This document shows, one piece after another, positions 8,216-17,519 of a stretch of DNA of 64,000 bases. Within the stretch, counting starts at the first letter, position 1, and each line of letters begins with the position of its first letter. The position numbers and the translations under genes are program-made. The stretch comes from a virus. Where the stretch lies: the IMG/VR virus record IMGVR_UViG_3300027974_001900, positions 1-64,000 of that record. One strand, written 5' to 3'. The notes beneath the pieces are model-generated. The model saw only the letters and a program-made list of their open reading frames with translations, was not told the DNA's origin and searched no databases.

Positions 8216-9442
8216 TTATAGAACTTTCTTTTTTGAAACGTCTTGAACCAATCTCTCAAACAAGCTAGATGAAGATCCTTCTCTTGTTTTAGTTATCCAG
8301 TTTTTAGATTCTTTAAATACTCCGTATTTTTTACCAACTTGAACAACTTCTGGATCTCCAATCTTATCTGGAGTGATTCCTTTTGAAGCATACGCTCTCG
8401 CTGCGTTCAATTTATCCATCTCGTTGGATTTATCTTCTTGTCCTTGTGTTTGGACACTAGATAAACCAGGAACTGATCTACCTTTTGTTTTAATAGCTCC
8501 TTGAATAAACTGTACGACTTCCTCACAGCCTATAGAAGTACTTCTTTTTGTTGCTTGAGATACAGCATTTGCAACAGCAAAAATTAGACTATCATCTCCT
8601 TGCTGTGATGATTGTAAATAATTTGGAACATATTGTTGAATTTCTTCAAATGTATAAGGACCAGTTGGCTTAATAAATGATGGGCATTTTAACTTATCAA
8701 CTGTTGATCCATATTTATTTGTTGGATCTATTTTTTGACCACTCTTTGTATCTAATTTTGCTCCGCTAATCCATGCTGCGCCTGTTTTAGCTAAGGCCTC
8801 ACAAACAGATCTTTGATAAGTTTCTTTCATCTTGGGATCTTTGTTGCCAATTAATTCTGGTAACTTAATTCCTTTTGATGCAAAATCAACTCCACCAGAT
8901 TTAATTGTTGGATCTAGGACTAGTTCTGCAAAGGTGCTTGATCCAATTTTTCCATCCGGCGTTAATCCTTTTGATTTTTGGAAATTTTTTGTTGCCTCAA
9001 CTTCTGCTGGCATCTTGCAAACAAAATATTTCTTTGGTCCGCTTACAGCTTGCGGTCTTTTATTTTGACCAGTTCCTGTCCCTTGAGATGCGCGACCTTG
9101 AACAGCTCCAGCGGCTCCCGAAGATCTATAAGAAAAATTTGCAGGTTGATTACCGACCAATTTTGGATTATTTTTAGTAGAAGGATTATCCTTAATAAAA
9201 TTTTGGTATATATTATCTGTGTCAGATCCATTCCTTAATGCAGAATCAAAGCTTGCTAAAAATTTTGAAAAAGGAGTGTTATTAGTATCATAAGGGCGTG
9301 TTGTATCCCATAGTTTTTTAATAAACGCTTTATGTTCTGACGGAATTCTGTTACCTACATTAGTTGTATCATCCGGCATTTGAAAAGATTGTTCATTTAA
9401 TATTTTTTTAATTTCGTTTAAAACTTGTTGCCTAAGGGACAT
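8216..9442 (-). CDS. Late protein with peptidoglycan-binding-like domain and putative capsid-targeting leader
   Basis: ATKNFQKSKGLTPDGKIGSSTFAEL is the PG_binding_1 pattern; N-terminus LRQQVLNEIKKILNEQ. Confidence 0.65.
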   Translation of the reverse strand: MSLRQQVLNEIKKILNEQSFQMPDDTTNVGNRIPSEHKAFIKKLWDTTRPYDTNNTPFSKFLASFDSALRNGSDTDNIYQNFIKDNPSTKNNPKLVGNQPANFSYRSSGAAGAVQGRASQGTGTGQNKRPQAVSGPKKYFVCKMPAEVEATKNFQKSKGLTPDGKIGSSTFAELVLDPTIKSGGVDFASKGIKLPELIGNKDPKMKETYQRSVCEALAKTGAAWISGAKLDTKSGQKIDPTNKYGSTVDKLKCPSFIKPTGPYTFEEIQQYVPNYLQSSQQGDDSLIFAVANAVSQATKRSTSIGCEEVVQFIQGAIKTKGRSVPGLSSVQTQGQEDKSNEMDKLNAARAYASKGITPDKIGDPEVVQVGKKYGVFKESKNWITKTREGSSSSLFERLVQDVSKKKVL

Positions 9443-9469
9443 CTTTATTCTCCTATGAATAACTAAAAA

Positions 9470-9477
9470 TAAATAGT
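9470..9477 (-). promoter_or_regulatory. Putative late promoter ACTATTTA
   Basis: 28 nt upstream of ATG 9442. Confidence 0.7.
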
Positions 9478-9496
9478 CACTTAGGCAAGAAAAAGC

Positions 9497-10651
9497 TTAT
9501 TCTTCCTCAAAATCTACATCAGACTCATCTTCACCATCGATATTGTAAAAGTTCTTTGCGTGCCCTTCTCTTGAGTCAAACTTTTGAATGACCTCTTTCT
9601 CCATCAAACGAAGGATCTGGTCCTTAAATGCTTGATCTTTTAACATGTCCAACCACTTTGTGGTCTGGAATTTAACTTCTTTACCATCATCAAAGACCAG
9701 TGTATACCAAGCTCCTGTCTGCTTGATTTGATCAGAGTTCTTGATCGCTTCAAACCACGATTCTTCATCTTGAACGGCAACATCATCACCGCCCCAAAGA
9801 ATCTTAAAGGTACACTCTCTACCTTGTGTACCAAATCTAGACTTTTCAATCTTAGCTTTGACTTCATTACCAACTCTAAATCCAGCATCATTAAGTAGAA
9901 AGCTCGCCTTTCCTTTTCTTGCTGTTAGCCAAATTCTTAGTGAATAAGCATAAGCCAGTGCTTTACCGCCTGGAGTAAAATACGGGCTTAGGAGAGCCTC
10001 TTGCGGGCTTCTGGTGATGTTTGTTTTCAGCTGGTTGAGACACAGAAGAGTGCTACCACTATTTGCCAAAGGCTGAATAAGTTTAGAGAACGCTTTTGAT
10101 AGAATTCTCGGTTTAACTGCCATTGATGACTGCGGATCGAAGTCTCCTTCAACATCTGTCTCAGTTGGAGTAAATGCGATTGAGTCCCAAATAAACATCA
10201 TCTTGCTTGGATTGTTAGCAAGTAATTCTTCAATTGTTTCCAATACAAATTCTACCGAACGTGCTTGTACATAAAGCAGTCTTGATACATCAACTCCTGC
10301 CTTTACCATAAAGTCAGAAGCGATTGCAGATTCAGAGTCAAAGTAAATTACATCTATTCCTTTCTTCTGTGCATTAGCTGCAATTTGTGCAGCCATATAG
10401 CTTTTACCAGCAGATTCAAGACCAGCAAGCTCTACAATTTTACCCATTGGAATACCAGCCAACTTTCCTCGACAGATAATCGAGTCAAGCCAACGAGAAC
10501 CAGTTGGAATCCAGTCTTCAACATCAGTTGGGTTTGTTTCTTCTAGCGAGTAGGCAACAATACTACCCGCTTTCTTATTGAGAATATCTCTCATTTGATC
10601 TATTGAGATTCTTCCCTTAACATCTTTGTCTTTCTTTTTAACGTTTGCCAT
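9497..10651 (-). CDS. uvsX: RecA/UvsX recombinase
   Basis: IPTGSRWLD, GKIVELAGLESAGKS, FDSE, WDSIA, LNQLK, TPGGKAL. Confidence 0.92.
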   Translation of the reverse strand: MANVKKKDKDVKGRISIDQMRDILNKKAGSIVAYSLEETNPTDVEDWIPTGSRWLDSIICRGKLAGIPMGKIVELAGLESAGKSYMAAQIAANAQKKGIDVIYFDSESAIASDFMVKAGVDVSRLLYVQARSVEFVLETIEELLANNPSKMMFIWDSIAFTPTETDVEGDFDPQSSMAVKPRILSKAFSKLIQPLANSGSTLLCLNQLKTNITRSPQEALLSPYFTPGGKALAYAYSLRIWLTARKGKASFLLNDAGFRVGNEVKAKIEKSRFGTQGRECTFKILWGGDDVAVQDEESWFEAIKNSDQIKQTGAWYTLVFDDGKEVKFQTTKWLDMLKDQAFKDQILRLMEKEVIQKFDSREGHAKNFYNIDGEDESDVDFEEE

Positions 10652-10665
10652 TTATTTCTCCAAAT

Positions 10666-10697
10666 AAAAAAGGATGGTAGATTTTACCCTACCATCC
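10666..10697 (-). terminator. Intrinsic terminator after the SSB gene
   Basis: ggatggtag/ctaccatcc stem plus U-tract on the minus strand. Confidence 0.75.
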
Positions 10698-10709
10698 CCA
10701 ATTAGTCAA
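10681..10709 (-). promoter_or_regulatory. sigma70-type promoter for uvsX with -10 box in the terminator loop
   Basis: TTGACT-17 nt-TAAAAT. Confidence 0.7.
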
Positions 10710-10712
10710 GCA

Positions 10713-11462
10713 CTATACGCCAAGATCTTTCAGGGCGGAATCTAGATCTTCCCCGCCATCGTCCGCAGCATTGGTGGAACCACCTCCTTCATCGCTCGGT
10801 CCATTAAGGAATTCATCAAGAATCTCGGCAACTTGACTTGCTGTTTTTCGCTCAAACAACGAGTCGAAATCAGTACCATGATTAACTAGTTCCGTCATCA
10901 GCTCTTTCTTCATGGAGAGAGGAGAAGATTTACGTTTTGGTGTTAAACTTGTTTCTGGATAGAGTTTACCAGACTTTTTGGACACAGACACAACTAGGTC
11001 CAAACCTTCATCAGTATCGGTAATGTCGCCATACTCAGGGTTAAGCATTAGTTTGAGAAGTTCTTCGTAGATGGTCTTAGAGAAGCCCCAAACTTGGGCA
11101 CCCTTATCTTCTTCGCCACGAACGACGATCGGGGAGAAGAAACGCTGCTTGGCAGTCATGTCCTTAGCGAGCTTACGGCTTTCCTCATCACCTTCTTTGT
11201 AGAGTTTGGAAACCAGATCACACATTGGGCAGTTCTCGCCAAAGTTCTTCTTCGGACACAGAACACTTTGAAACTTTTTCTCTGTGCGAAGATAGTGGAA
11301 ATAGAACTCTTTCAGAGGATCTCCGTCATCAGTTGGAAGAATACGGATGGTTGAATCCACGCCGTCAAGAGGCTTCCAGTATTGTGTGGTCTTACCTTTT
11401 GCGCCACTTTTGTTGTTGAGGTTGTTTAGTTTTTCACGCATTTTTTTGAGATCAATAGCCAT
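10713..11462 (-). CDS. Single-stranded DNA-binding protein, T4 gp32-like
   Basis: YWKP, IRILP, FHY, CPKKNFGENCPMC zinc site, acidic C-terminal tail. Confidence 0.88.
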   Translation of the reverse strand: MAIDLKKMREKLNNLNNKSGAKGKTTQYWKPLDGVDSTIRILPTDDGDPLKEFYFHYLRTEKKFQSVLCPKKNFGENCPMCDLVSKLYKEGDEESRKLAKDMTAKQRFFSPIVVRGEEDKGAQVWGFSKTIYEELLKLMLNPEYGDITDTDEGLDLVVSVSKKSGKLYPETSLTPKRKSSPLSMKKELMTELVNHGTDFDSLFERKTASQVAEILDEFLNGPSDEGGGSTNAADDGGEDLDSALKDLGV

Positions 11463-11473
11463 TGTTTTTTCCT

Positions 11474-12298
11474 TTATTCTTGAATAATGTTGGTGTTTGA
11501 AATAATATAGACAAAGTTGGATTCGTAGTTTGTCGTTGTGATTTTGTACGAAATGTCCAACTCTGTACCAGAGTACGAATTTCTCGTCTGCTGTTGGATC
11601 AGTTTAATCAACTCTTTATTTGTTGTCAAGTCCTCTTGTTTAACTGCATAGAGAAAAACTTTCTGTCTTGCTGATGCCAAATTATAGAGGTAATTTTCTG
11701 TTCCATCTTCGACATTTAAAATGCCGACAGTAGAAATTCTGTCCACATCTCTTTCTGCTGACATCTTGCCAAAGACATCTTTTGCTGTCAACAGGTAGTT
11801 TACCATGTGAATTGTTGATACGATCACTTTGTTTAAACTATCATAGTATTCCATGATTGATAAACCGCCAAGCAAATTTTCTACTTGAGGATTTGAAATA
11901 AGAAGCATTTTTTTAAAGAGTCCGCTTCTTGTAAACTCTTGAAGGATACCAAAGATTGCTCTATCTTTTACTGCTATCTCTGTTGAAATTAAGTTTGGGT
12001 CTGGTCGAACATATAGAACAGTGATGTTTGTATGTTTTACTTGTTCAAGTATTCTAAGAGAAGCACCAGATATATTACCTCCACCGCATAAGACTAACAA
12101 GGTCTCGCCTTTTAGTTTTGTCAAAGGCTTAAATTCTGGTAGTTTTTCTTCATATTCTTCTATCGTTTTACAAGCTGGGATACTTAAACAGTTTTTACCT
12201 TTTAAACCAACATCAGCTTTAAAAACTTTATACTCTGGGTATTGAGAGAACAAGTCCGCTATTGCACAGCCACCTTTGCCAAGTCCTAGAATGTTCAT
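11474..12298 (-). CDS. Tubulin/FtsZ-superfamily GTPase (PhuZ/TubZ-like), divergent
   Basis: ILGLGKGGCAIAD (T1 loop), GGGNISG (variant of GGGTGSG), LISN, YYDSLNKVI. Confidence 0.72.
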   Translation of the reverse strand: MNILGLGKGGCAIADLFSQYPEYKVFKADVGLKGKNCLSIPACKTIEEYEEKLPEFKPLTKLKGETLLVLCGGGNISGASLRILEQVKHTNITVLYVRPDPNLISTEIAVKDRAIFGILQEFTRSGLFKKMLLISNPQVENLLGGLSIMEYYDSLNKVIVSTIHMVNYLLTAKDVFGKMSAERDVDRISTVGILNVEDGTENYLYNLASARQKVFLYAVKQEDLTTNKELIKLIQQQTRNSYSGTELDISYKITTTNYESNFVYIISNTNIIQE

Positions 12299-13473
12299 AG
12301 TTTTTTCATGTCTCCATAATTCTTACCAACTTTTTTAGTAATCATAAATTTACCAAAGTCAGTGTTTGCAAATGTATTACAAATATCTTTAACCAGATCT
12401 TTATCTTCTGTTGCTATATCTAGCACAATTGAATCGTGAACCAAAAACTTAATAAAAGATTTTTTATCTTTTAACAATTTATTTACTTTAATTGCTTGTC
12501 TCAAAAAACAATCAGAAGCTGTGCTTTGTAGAATATAATTGATTGCGTGCTCATTATCTGCCCTTATCTCTCTTCCATAGCAATTTTTAACAACACAGCC
12601 GTCATAATATTTGTCACGAACAACATTCTTGTCATAGAAGATCTTCACCTTCTTATCCTGCTGAGGGGGTAGTGTAGTAGTCCCCTTCTCATCGTACATC
12701 CAAGCAAGGAATCTCTTCTTAGCTCCATCACGATTTGTACCAATAAAAATGTTATCTTTATTCCATTCGTGGAGATCTGTATTTGGTTGTTTTTTTCCGT
12801 TTAAAGCAAGTAAGACTCTTGGTTCAAATGCGTTAAAGTCTAATTCCAACAAGAAATCATTGGTCGGTTCGACAATACAGCGAAGGTTCTTATTCATCGT
12901 AAGAATCGAGAAACTGTCATGGTCGGCAGATAAACGACCAGTTACGGTTCCAAACATATTATATTTAACTTTTTTCTTCATCTTGCTGGCACTGCGAATT
13001 TCTCCAATAGCAGGAAGATTCTTCATCTCAACTTTTACATCATTTTGAGATATTTCGTGCAGCATTTTATTAAGATTATAAAGAAATTCATAATTTTCCG
13101 GTCTTTTCTTTGTTTGGAAGATTTCATTCATTATTGCAGAACGAACTGAAAATAATTCATGAATGAAAGAAACCGGTACAAGATCAAAAAAGCAGTTCTC
13201 ATCAAGAGAGACTTGAGCTGTAATAAACGATTTCATGTACGCTCTTAGCTTTGAACGTATTAATAAATACCTTTCTCTCATTTCGTGAGAACAGGCATCT
13301 TCAATATTCTTTGTTCCAGCGTAAAGACAGGCAAGTTCATATTGCTTGTCACCCATGAGTGGGCTATAATCCCAGGAATGAGTCAAATTATCTACCGACG
13401 CAAACGGAACCACCTTTCCATCAACGTAGCAGGAATCGCAAATTTTCTTGGAATCAATTAGTTCAAAAATCAT
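12295..13473 (-). CDS. Compact family A DNA polymerase without a recognisable exonuclease domain
   Basis: TVTGRLS, motif A LDFNAFEPR, motif B RDGAKKRFLAWMY, AINYILQSTASD, motif C VHDSIV; start set at ATG 13473. Confidence 0.85.
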   Translation of the reverse strand: MIFELIDSKKICDSCYVDGKVVPFASVDNLTHSWDYSPLMGDKQYELACLYAGTKNIEDACSHEMRERYLLIRSKLRAYMKSFITAQVSLDENCFFDLVPVSFIHELFSVRSAIMNEIFQTKKRPENYEFLYNLNKMLHEISQNDVKVEMKNLPAIGEIRSASKMKKKVKYNMFGTVTGRLSADHDSFSILTMNKNLRCIVEPTNDFLLELDFNAFEPRVLLALNGKKQPNTDLHEWNKDNIFIGTNRDGAKKRFLAWMYDEKGTTTLPPQQDKKVKIFYDKNVVRDKYYDGCVVKNCYGREIRADNEHAINYILQSTASDCFLRQAIKVNKLLKDKKSFIKFLVHDSIVLDIATEDKDLVKDICNTFANTDFGKFMITKKVGKNYGDMKKL

Positions 13474-13479
13474 GACCAC

Positions 13480-13508
13480 ATCTTATGGCATCTTAGATTT
13501 CGTGTCAA
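13480..13508 (-). promoter_or_regulatory. sigma70-type promoter, probably giving a leaderless polA transcript
   Basis: TTGACA-17 nt-TAAGAT; the A of ATG 13473 is 7 nt after the -10 box. Confidence 0.75.
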
Positions 13509-14758
13509 GCTGGACCTTGAATTGGTCCTCCTTGTTTTATACTTCTTTCTCTGAAAGGTAATGTAGAAACATTATTATTGAATATAGAAATAGCTTCACA
13601 TACTGCCTTTTTAGTGTTTTCTTTGTACAGATCATCAAATCTTGACAAAGCAATTGAAGTATAGTATTCTAAATTTTGATCATTTATATTATCTCTTATT
13701 TCTATTTTTCTCATCTCAAAAAATAGTTTAATATAAAACTTATGCATTTCAGAAGTTGAAGAGAACATAGTAATTTTTGATTTTTCATTATTAACAGCTT
13801 TTGCATTTTCACATCTATCAAATTCTAGTTTCTTAAAAGTAGGAAATTGAAATGTAAAACTTTTATAAAAAGTTTCTAATGCAACAATAAATTCTCTATA
13901 ATAATCATAATCTTTTTCTTCTACCGGTATAACTCTTTCATAATAAACATCAAACAATTTTTGAAGATTATCTTTTAAATCTTCTGGTATAATTTTTAAT
14001 TTTGATGTTTTTGTTTCTTCTGCTATTTTTTCTGCAACCAACTTTTGTCGTATGTCGCAAGTTAATCTCCAAGGAATTTCTTTATTTAAAATAAAACCAT
14101 GTTTTAAACATAATTCTAAAAATGCAGAATAATTTATATCATTATAAAATTTTTCTTTTATAATTGAGTCAGAAGCATTACCTGAATAAACATCTAGTAC
14201 TAATCCCGTTTGTAAAGGAGAAAATTCTCTAGATTCTATGAATCCTGCTCTTGTAAAATAAAAATCTTTTTCAAAAAGAAAAATTTTTAATTCTTCTAAG
14301 AAGATTTCGTAATTATTTATTTTGTTTAAATAACCATCATTAACAATATAATCTAAAAATAAAGAATAGATGCTTTTTAATTTCTCTAAATAAAGAGGTC
14401 TTGAAGTTGTAAACCCAGCAACAGGAGATAATGTTTCTTTAAAAAATTGGCTTCTTTTACTAAGATTACCTTGTTTATAGTTTCTCTCATATTCTCTCTT
14501 TACATCTTTAAAAAGTTCTGCTACAAAGTCAAAAGCTTGAATCTGTTTAGGGTCTGTTGCAAATGTTGCAAATTTAAGTTTCTGTTCTCTTGGTATTACA
14601 GCATTACCTTTGGTATCCACCTTGCCATAAAATGGTTTATTGTACCAAGTATCAACATAATATTCTTCAAATAAATAATCATCCAATTTTCCTGTTGGAT
14701 TGGAATTTTCATTTAATGTTTTTCTAGCGTTAAACAAATTTTTAAATTTATTTGGCAT
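13505..14758 (-). CDS. Hypothetical protein, end of tail operon
   Basis: 417-aa ORF in operon; FYGKVD and HGFILNKEIPWRL motifs; no function recognised. Confidence 0.7.
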   Translation of the reverse strand: MPNKFKNLFNARKTLNENSNPTGKLDDYLFEEYYVDTWYNKPFYGKVDTKGNAVIPREQKLKFATFATDPKQIQAFDFVAELFKDVKREYERNYKQGNLSKRSQFFKETLSPVAGFTTSRPLYLEKLKSIYSLFLDYIVNDGYLNKINNYEIFLEELKIFLFEKDFYFTRAGFIESREFSPLQTGLVLDVYSGNASDSIIKEKFYNDINYSAFLELCLKHGFILNKEIPWRLTCDIRQKLVAEKIAEETKTSKLKIIPEDLKDNLQKLFDVYYERVIPVEEKDYDYYREFIVALETFYKSFTFQFPTFKKLEFDRCENAKAVNNEKSKITMFSSTSEMHKFYIKLFFEMRKIEIRDNINDQNLEYYTSIALSRFDDLYKENTKKAVCEAISIFNNNVSTLPFRERSIKQGGPIQGPA

Positions 14759-14773
14759 TTTCTATACCTTATA

Positions 14774-17518
14774 TTATTTTTTAGCGTTTTCTTTTTCACT
14801 ATAATCTTGTGGCTTCTTTACATTTGGCTCTTTAGGTTTATTTTTATTTCCTTTTGTTTTTTGTTTATTAGTATTAAGGCCAAAATTAGTTAAAGTCTTT
14901 ATGTCTGTTTTGATTAAAAGATCTATGTATGATGCTGGGTCGTAAGTATCTGCCGGTATATAATCTAATATTTGAGATAATTTTTGTCCCTTATTATCAT
15001 TTTCTGTAGTTGGTTTACCGTTTTTACCGTATCTTCCTCCCGACCAGAACCAATCTCCTGATACAACGCTTTTGTATGAGCCATTTGCATCAATAGAATC
15101 TTTTAGACCCTTTACTTTATAATACCCGACTATGCCTATGTCGTATTCTGATCCGGCTAGTCCAAGTGGAGGAGTTGGAATACAGATTATACTACCATGA
15201 TTAAAGATAGAACTTCCGAAAGTTTCCGCACTTAATGAGTACTGATAAAAGAAATAACTACTATTTTCATCTGTCATAGCCTGCAAAGCAATACCAGATC
15301 TAAGACCTTTAAGATCAATTTGCTGGAAATCAGCGCTCAAAAACATTCCACCGTCTGAGCCGATTATTAAATGAGGTATTCCGTTTTTTGCATCTTCTGC
15401 TTCATTTAATTGCAATTCTCTTGTATTAGAAACAGAAAAATTATTTGCTGTTGTCTCTTTTAAAGTTGAGATATTAAGTTTTGAATAAACAATTAGTGGT
15501 TCACTATTTTTATCATCGTAAAAGTTGTTTCTAATATTTGAAGCAAACTCTGCCATAAATGCAGAGTTTGGGTCTGTATGTTCTAAGAACCATTTTGAAT
15601 TAGTATTATTCCAAGTCTTCTTAATATAGAAAGAAGGATTAAAATCTTGTACTGTTATTCTAGTTGTATTCTGAGGATATGTTTTATTTCTATATAAAAC
15701 TTCTGGTACTAAATCATCTATTAGTTCTTTTACAAAGTGCCCAAAAGATATATCGACAAATCCTTTATTATAAAATTTATTATGCATCCATCTTTGAAAG
15801 TAGTTTAATTCTATCAAAATATTGCCAGCATTAATATTATATGTTTTATCATAAACTCTTGCAGTTAAATTTCCAAATAAGATTGTTGGAACATAAAGCT
15901 GCTCTTGATTAACTTCTTCATTTATCATTTGATAAGCGGCTCTTATGAGCGCTCTAAGTGGAAAGAAAACTATATGTCCACTTCTTTTATCAGAGTTTAT
16001 ATGCTCCCTCGGAGTGTTAAACAATCTGTTTAGGATACCCTCCATTTTATTTTTAACATTTTCTGGGATCGTATCTTTTCTAAAAAAATCATCTAATTTA
16101 TATTCTTTAGATGCTAGATCACAAAACTTAATTTCTCTGCCATCGTCAGGACTTATTAGATTTAAAGATGCGTTTAAAGAATAAGATTTTAACTTATCAT
16201 CTTTTTTAGTATTAAAAGAAATAGAATATAAATCAAAATTATTTTGTAATGTCTTAACAAAGACATCTTTAAAGTAAGGAACAAGTTGTCTCTTTACCAA
16301 AGATAAATTTTTAGAAATTTCGGTTTCTAAGTTACGAAGATTTTCTAATCTTTTCTTTTTTGTCTTTTGAAGATCTTCTATACTATCTTGACCTTTTTTA
16401 ACTTTCTCTGCGTCTTTAATTTGATACAATAAAAGATTTTCTATCTTTTCTTTTGTTTCTTCTAACTTTAATTTATTTTGATTATACTCAGATAGAAGAG
16501 TAACAGCACCGGCAGACTTTGCTTTTAATTCGTTTATTAATTGCTTATTTGAAGAAGAATCTGCTGGAATCGTTATGTTATTATCTGAATCTAAAAATGC
16601 TTCTGCTAAATTTACATAAGTAACAGATATGTCAACTCCGCCCTCTTTGTTAAACTTAAAATTATGAGAGGTCTTTAGTAGTCCAAATTTTTTAACTTCT
16701 CTAGTATTAATGTAATTACAAATTTTTAATGGTATCTGATGCTGGTGTTCTAACCCAGGGTCAACGTAATAACCATATTCCAATTTTAATACTTCTTTTT
16801 TTATTCCTATATTGGAAAACAACTTCATAAATGAGAAGCCATATTTTGGTTCTGGCTCTCCTTCTTTCGTCGGTATTTTTCTAGTTAGAATATTCATATT
16901 ACTAAAAAAATAACTTATAGAAATATTACAATTTTTCTTAGTTCCTAAATTAAACTGAATATCGTTTGTAACATTTTTTATACCACTCCCTTCCATAAAG
17001 GCATTTGGATTGGATAAAATTTTATCTAATTCAAAATATTGAGAGAACGGAAATTCTACGAATTTGAATTGTTCATTTTTATTTTTTGGATTATCTTTCC
17101 ATCCATAATATAATTTTACATAAGGTTGAATAAATGCCATTTGAAACGGTTTAATACCATTCATAAATAAAATGTAATCTTTTAAATCATCTCTATTACC
17201 CGCTGCAAGATGACCGGTAGAAATATTATTTTCTAAAATATCAGAATACTTTCCATTAAGAAAAACAAATTTCTCTTCATTTTTAAATTTGTTTTTATTG
17301 GCATTTAAAAATGCTTCAAATAATTTTTCTTTTTCCAAAATAGTTTTTATTGGTTCTGCTGAATTATCTATTATTTTTGAAAAATCGTTGTACAACAAAG
17401 AATAAGCAACACTTTCTTTGTTTCTCATTATTTGAGGCGTAATAAAATCGTTTAGCCACCCTTCTGGGTTTAGCTCGTTAAAAGGAAAAAATAAATTAAA
17501 CTCTTCTGTGTTTGCCAT
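14774..17518 (-). CDS. Large tail/baseplate hub-like protein
   Basis: 914 aa; follows LysM-like gene; LKLEYGY and C-terminal GYYKVKGLKDSI typical of hub proteins; inferred from position. Confidence 0.5.
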   Translation of the reverse strand: MANTEEFNLFFPFNELNPEGWLNDFITPQIMRNKESVAYSLLYNDFSKIIDNSAEPIKTILEKEKLFEAFLNANKNKFKNEEKFVFLNGKYSDILENNISTGHLAAGNRDDLKDYILFMNGIKPFQMAFIQPYVKLYYGWKDNPKNKNEQFKFVEFPFSQYFELDKILSNPNAFMEGSGIKNVTNDIQFNLGTKKNCNISISYFFSNMNILTRKIPTKEGEPEPKYGFSFMKLFSNIGIKKEVLKLEYGYYVDPGLEHQHQIPLKICNYINTREVKKFGLLKTSHNFKFNKEGGVDISVTYVNLAEAFLDSDNNITIPADSSSNKQLINELKAKSAGAVTLLSEYNQNKLKLEETKEKIENLLLYQIKDAEKVKKGQDSIEDLQKTKKKRLENLRNLETEISKNLSLVKRQLVPYFKDVFVKTLQNNFDLYSISFNTKKDDKLKSYSLNASLNLISPDDGREIKFCDLASKEYKLDDFFRKDTIPENVKNKMEGILNRLFNTPREHINSDKRSGHIVFFPLRALIRAAYQMINEEVNQEQLYVPTILFGNLTARVYDKTYNINAGNILIELNYFQRWMHNKFYNKGFVDISFGHFVKELIDDLVPEVLYRNKTYPQNTTRITVQDFNPSFYIKKTWNNTNSKWFLEHTDPNSAFMAEFASNIRNNFYDDKNSEPLIVYSKLNISTLKETTANNFSVSNTRELQLNEAEDAKNGIPHLIIGSDGGMFLSADFQQIDLKGLRSGIALQAMTDENSSYFFYQYSLSAETFGSSIFNHGSIICIPTPPLGLAGSEYDIGIVGYYKVKGLKDSIDANGSYKSVVSGDWFWSGGRYGKNGKPTTENDNKGQKLSQILDYIPADTYDPASYIDLLIKTDIKTLTNFGLNTNKQKTKGNKNKPKEPNVKKPQDYSEKENAKK

Positions 17519-17519
17519 T

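Noticed and set aside
11474-12298. Evidence for a nucleus-forming (chimallin) phage
   Set aside because: A tubulin alone is not enough; no chimallin or multisubunit RNA polymerase is recognisable here and the core genes are T4-like
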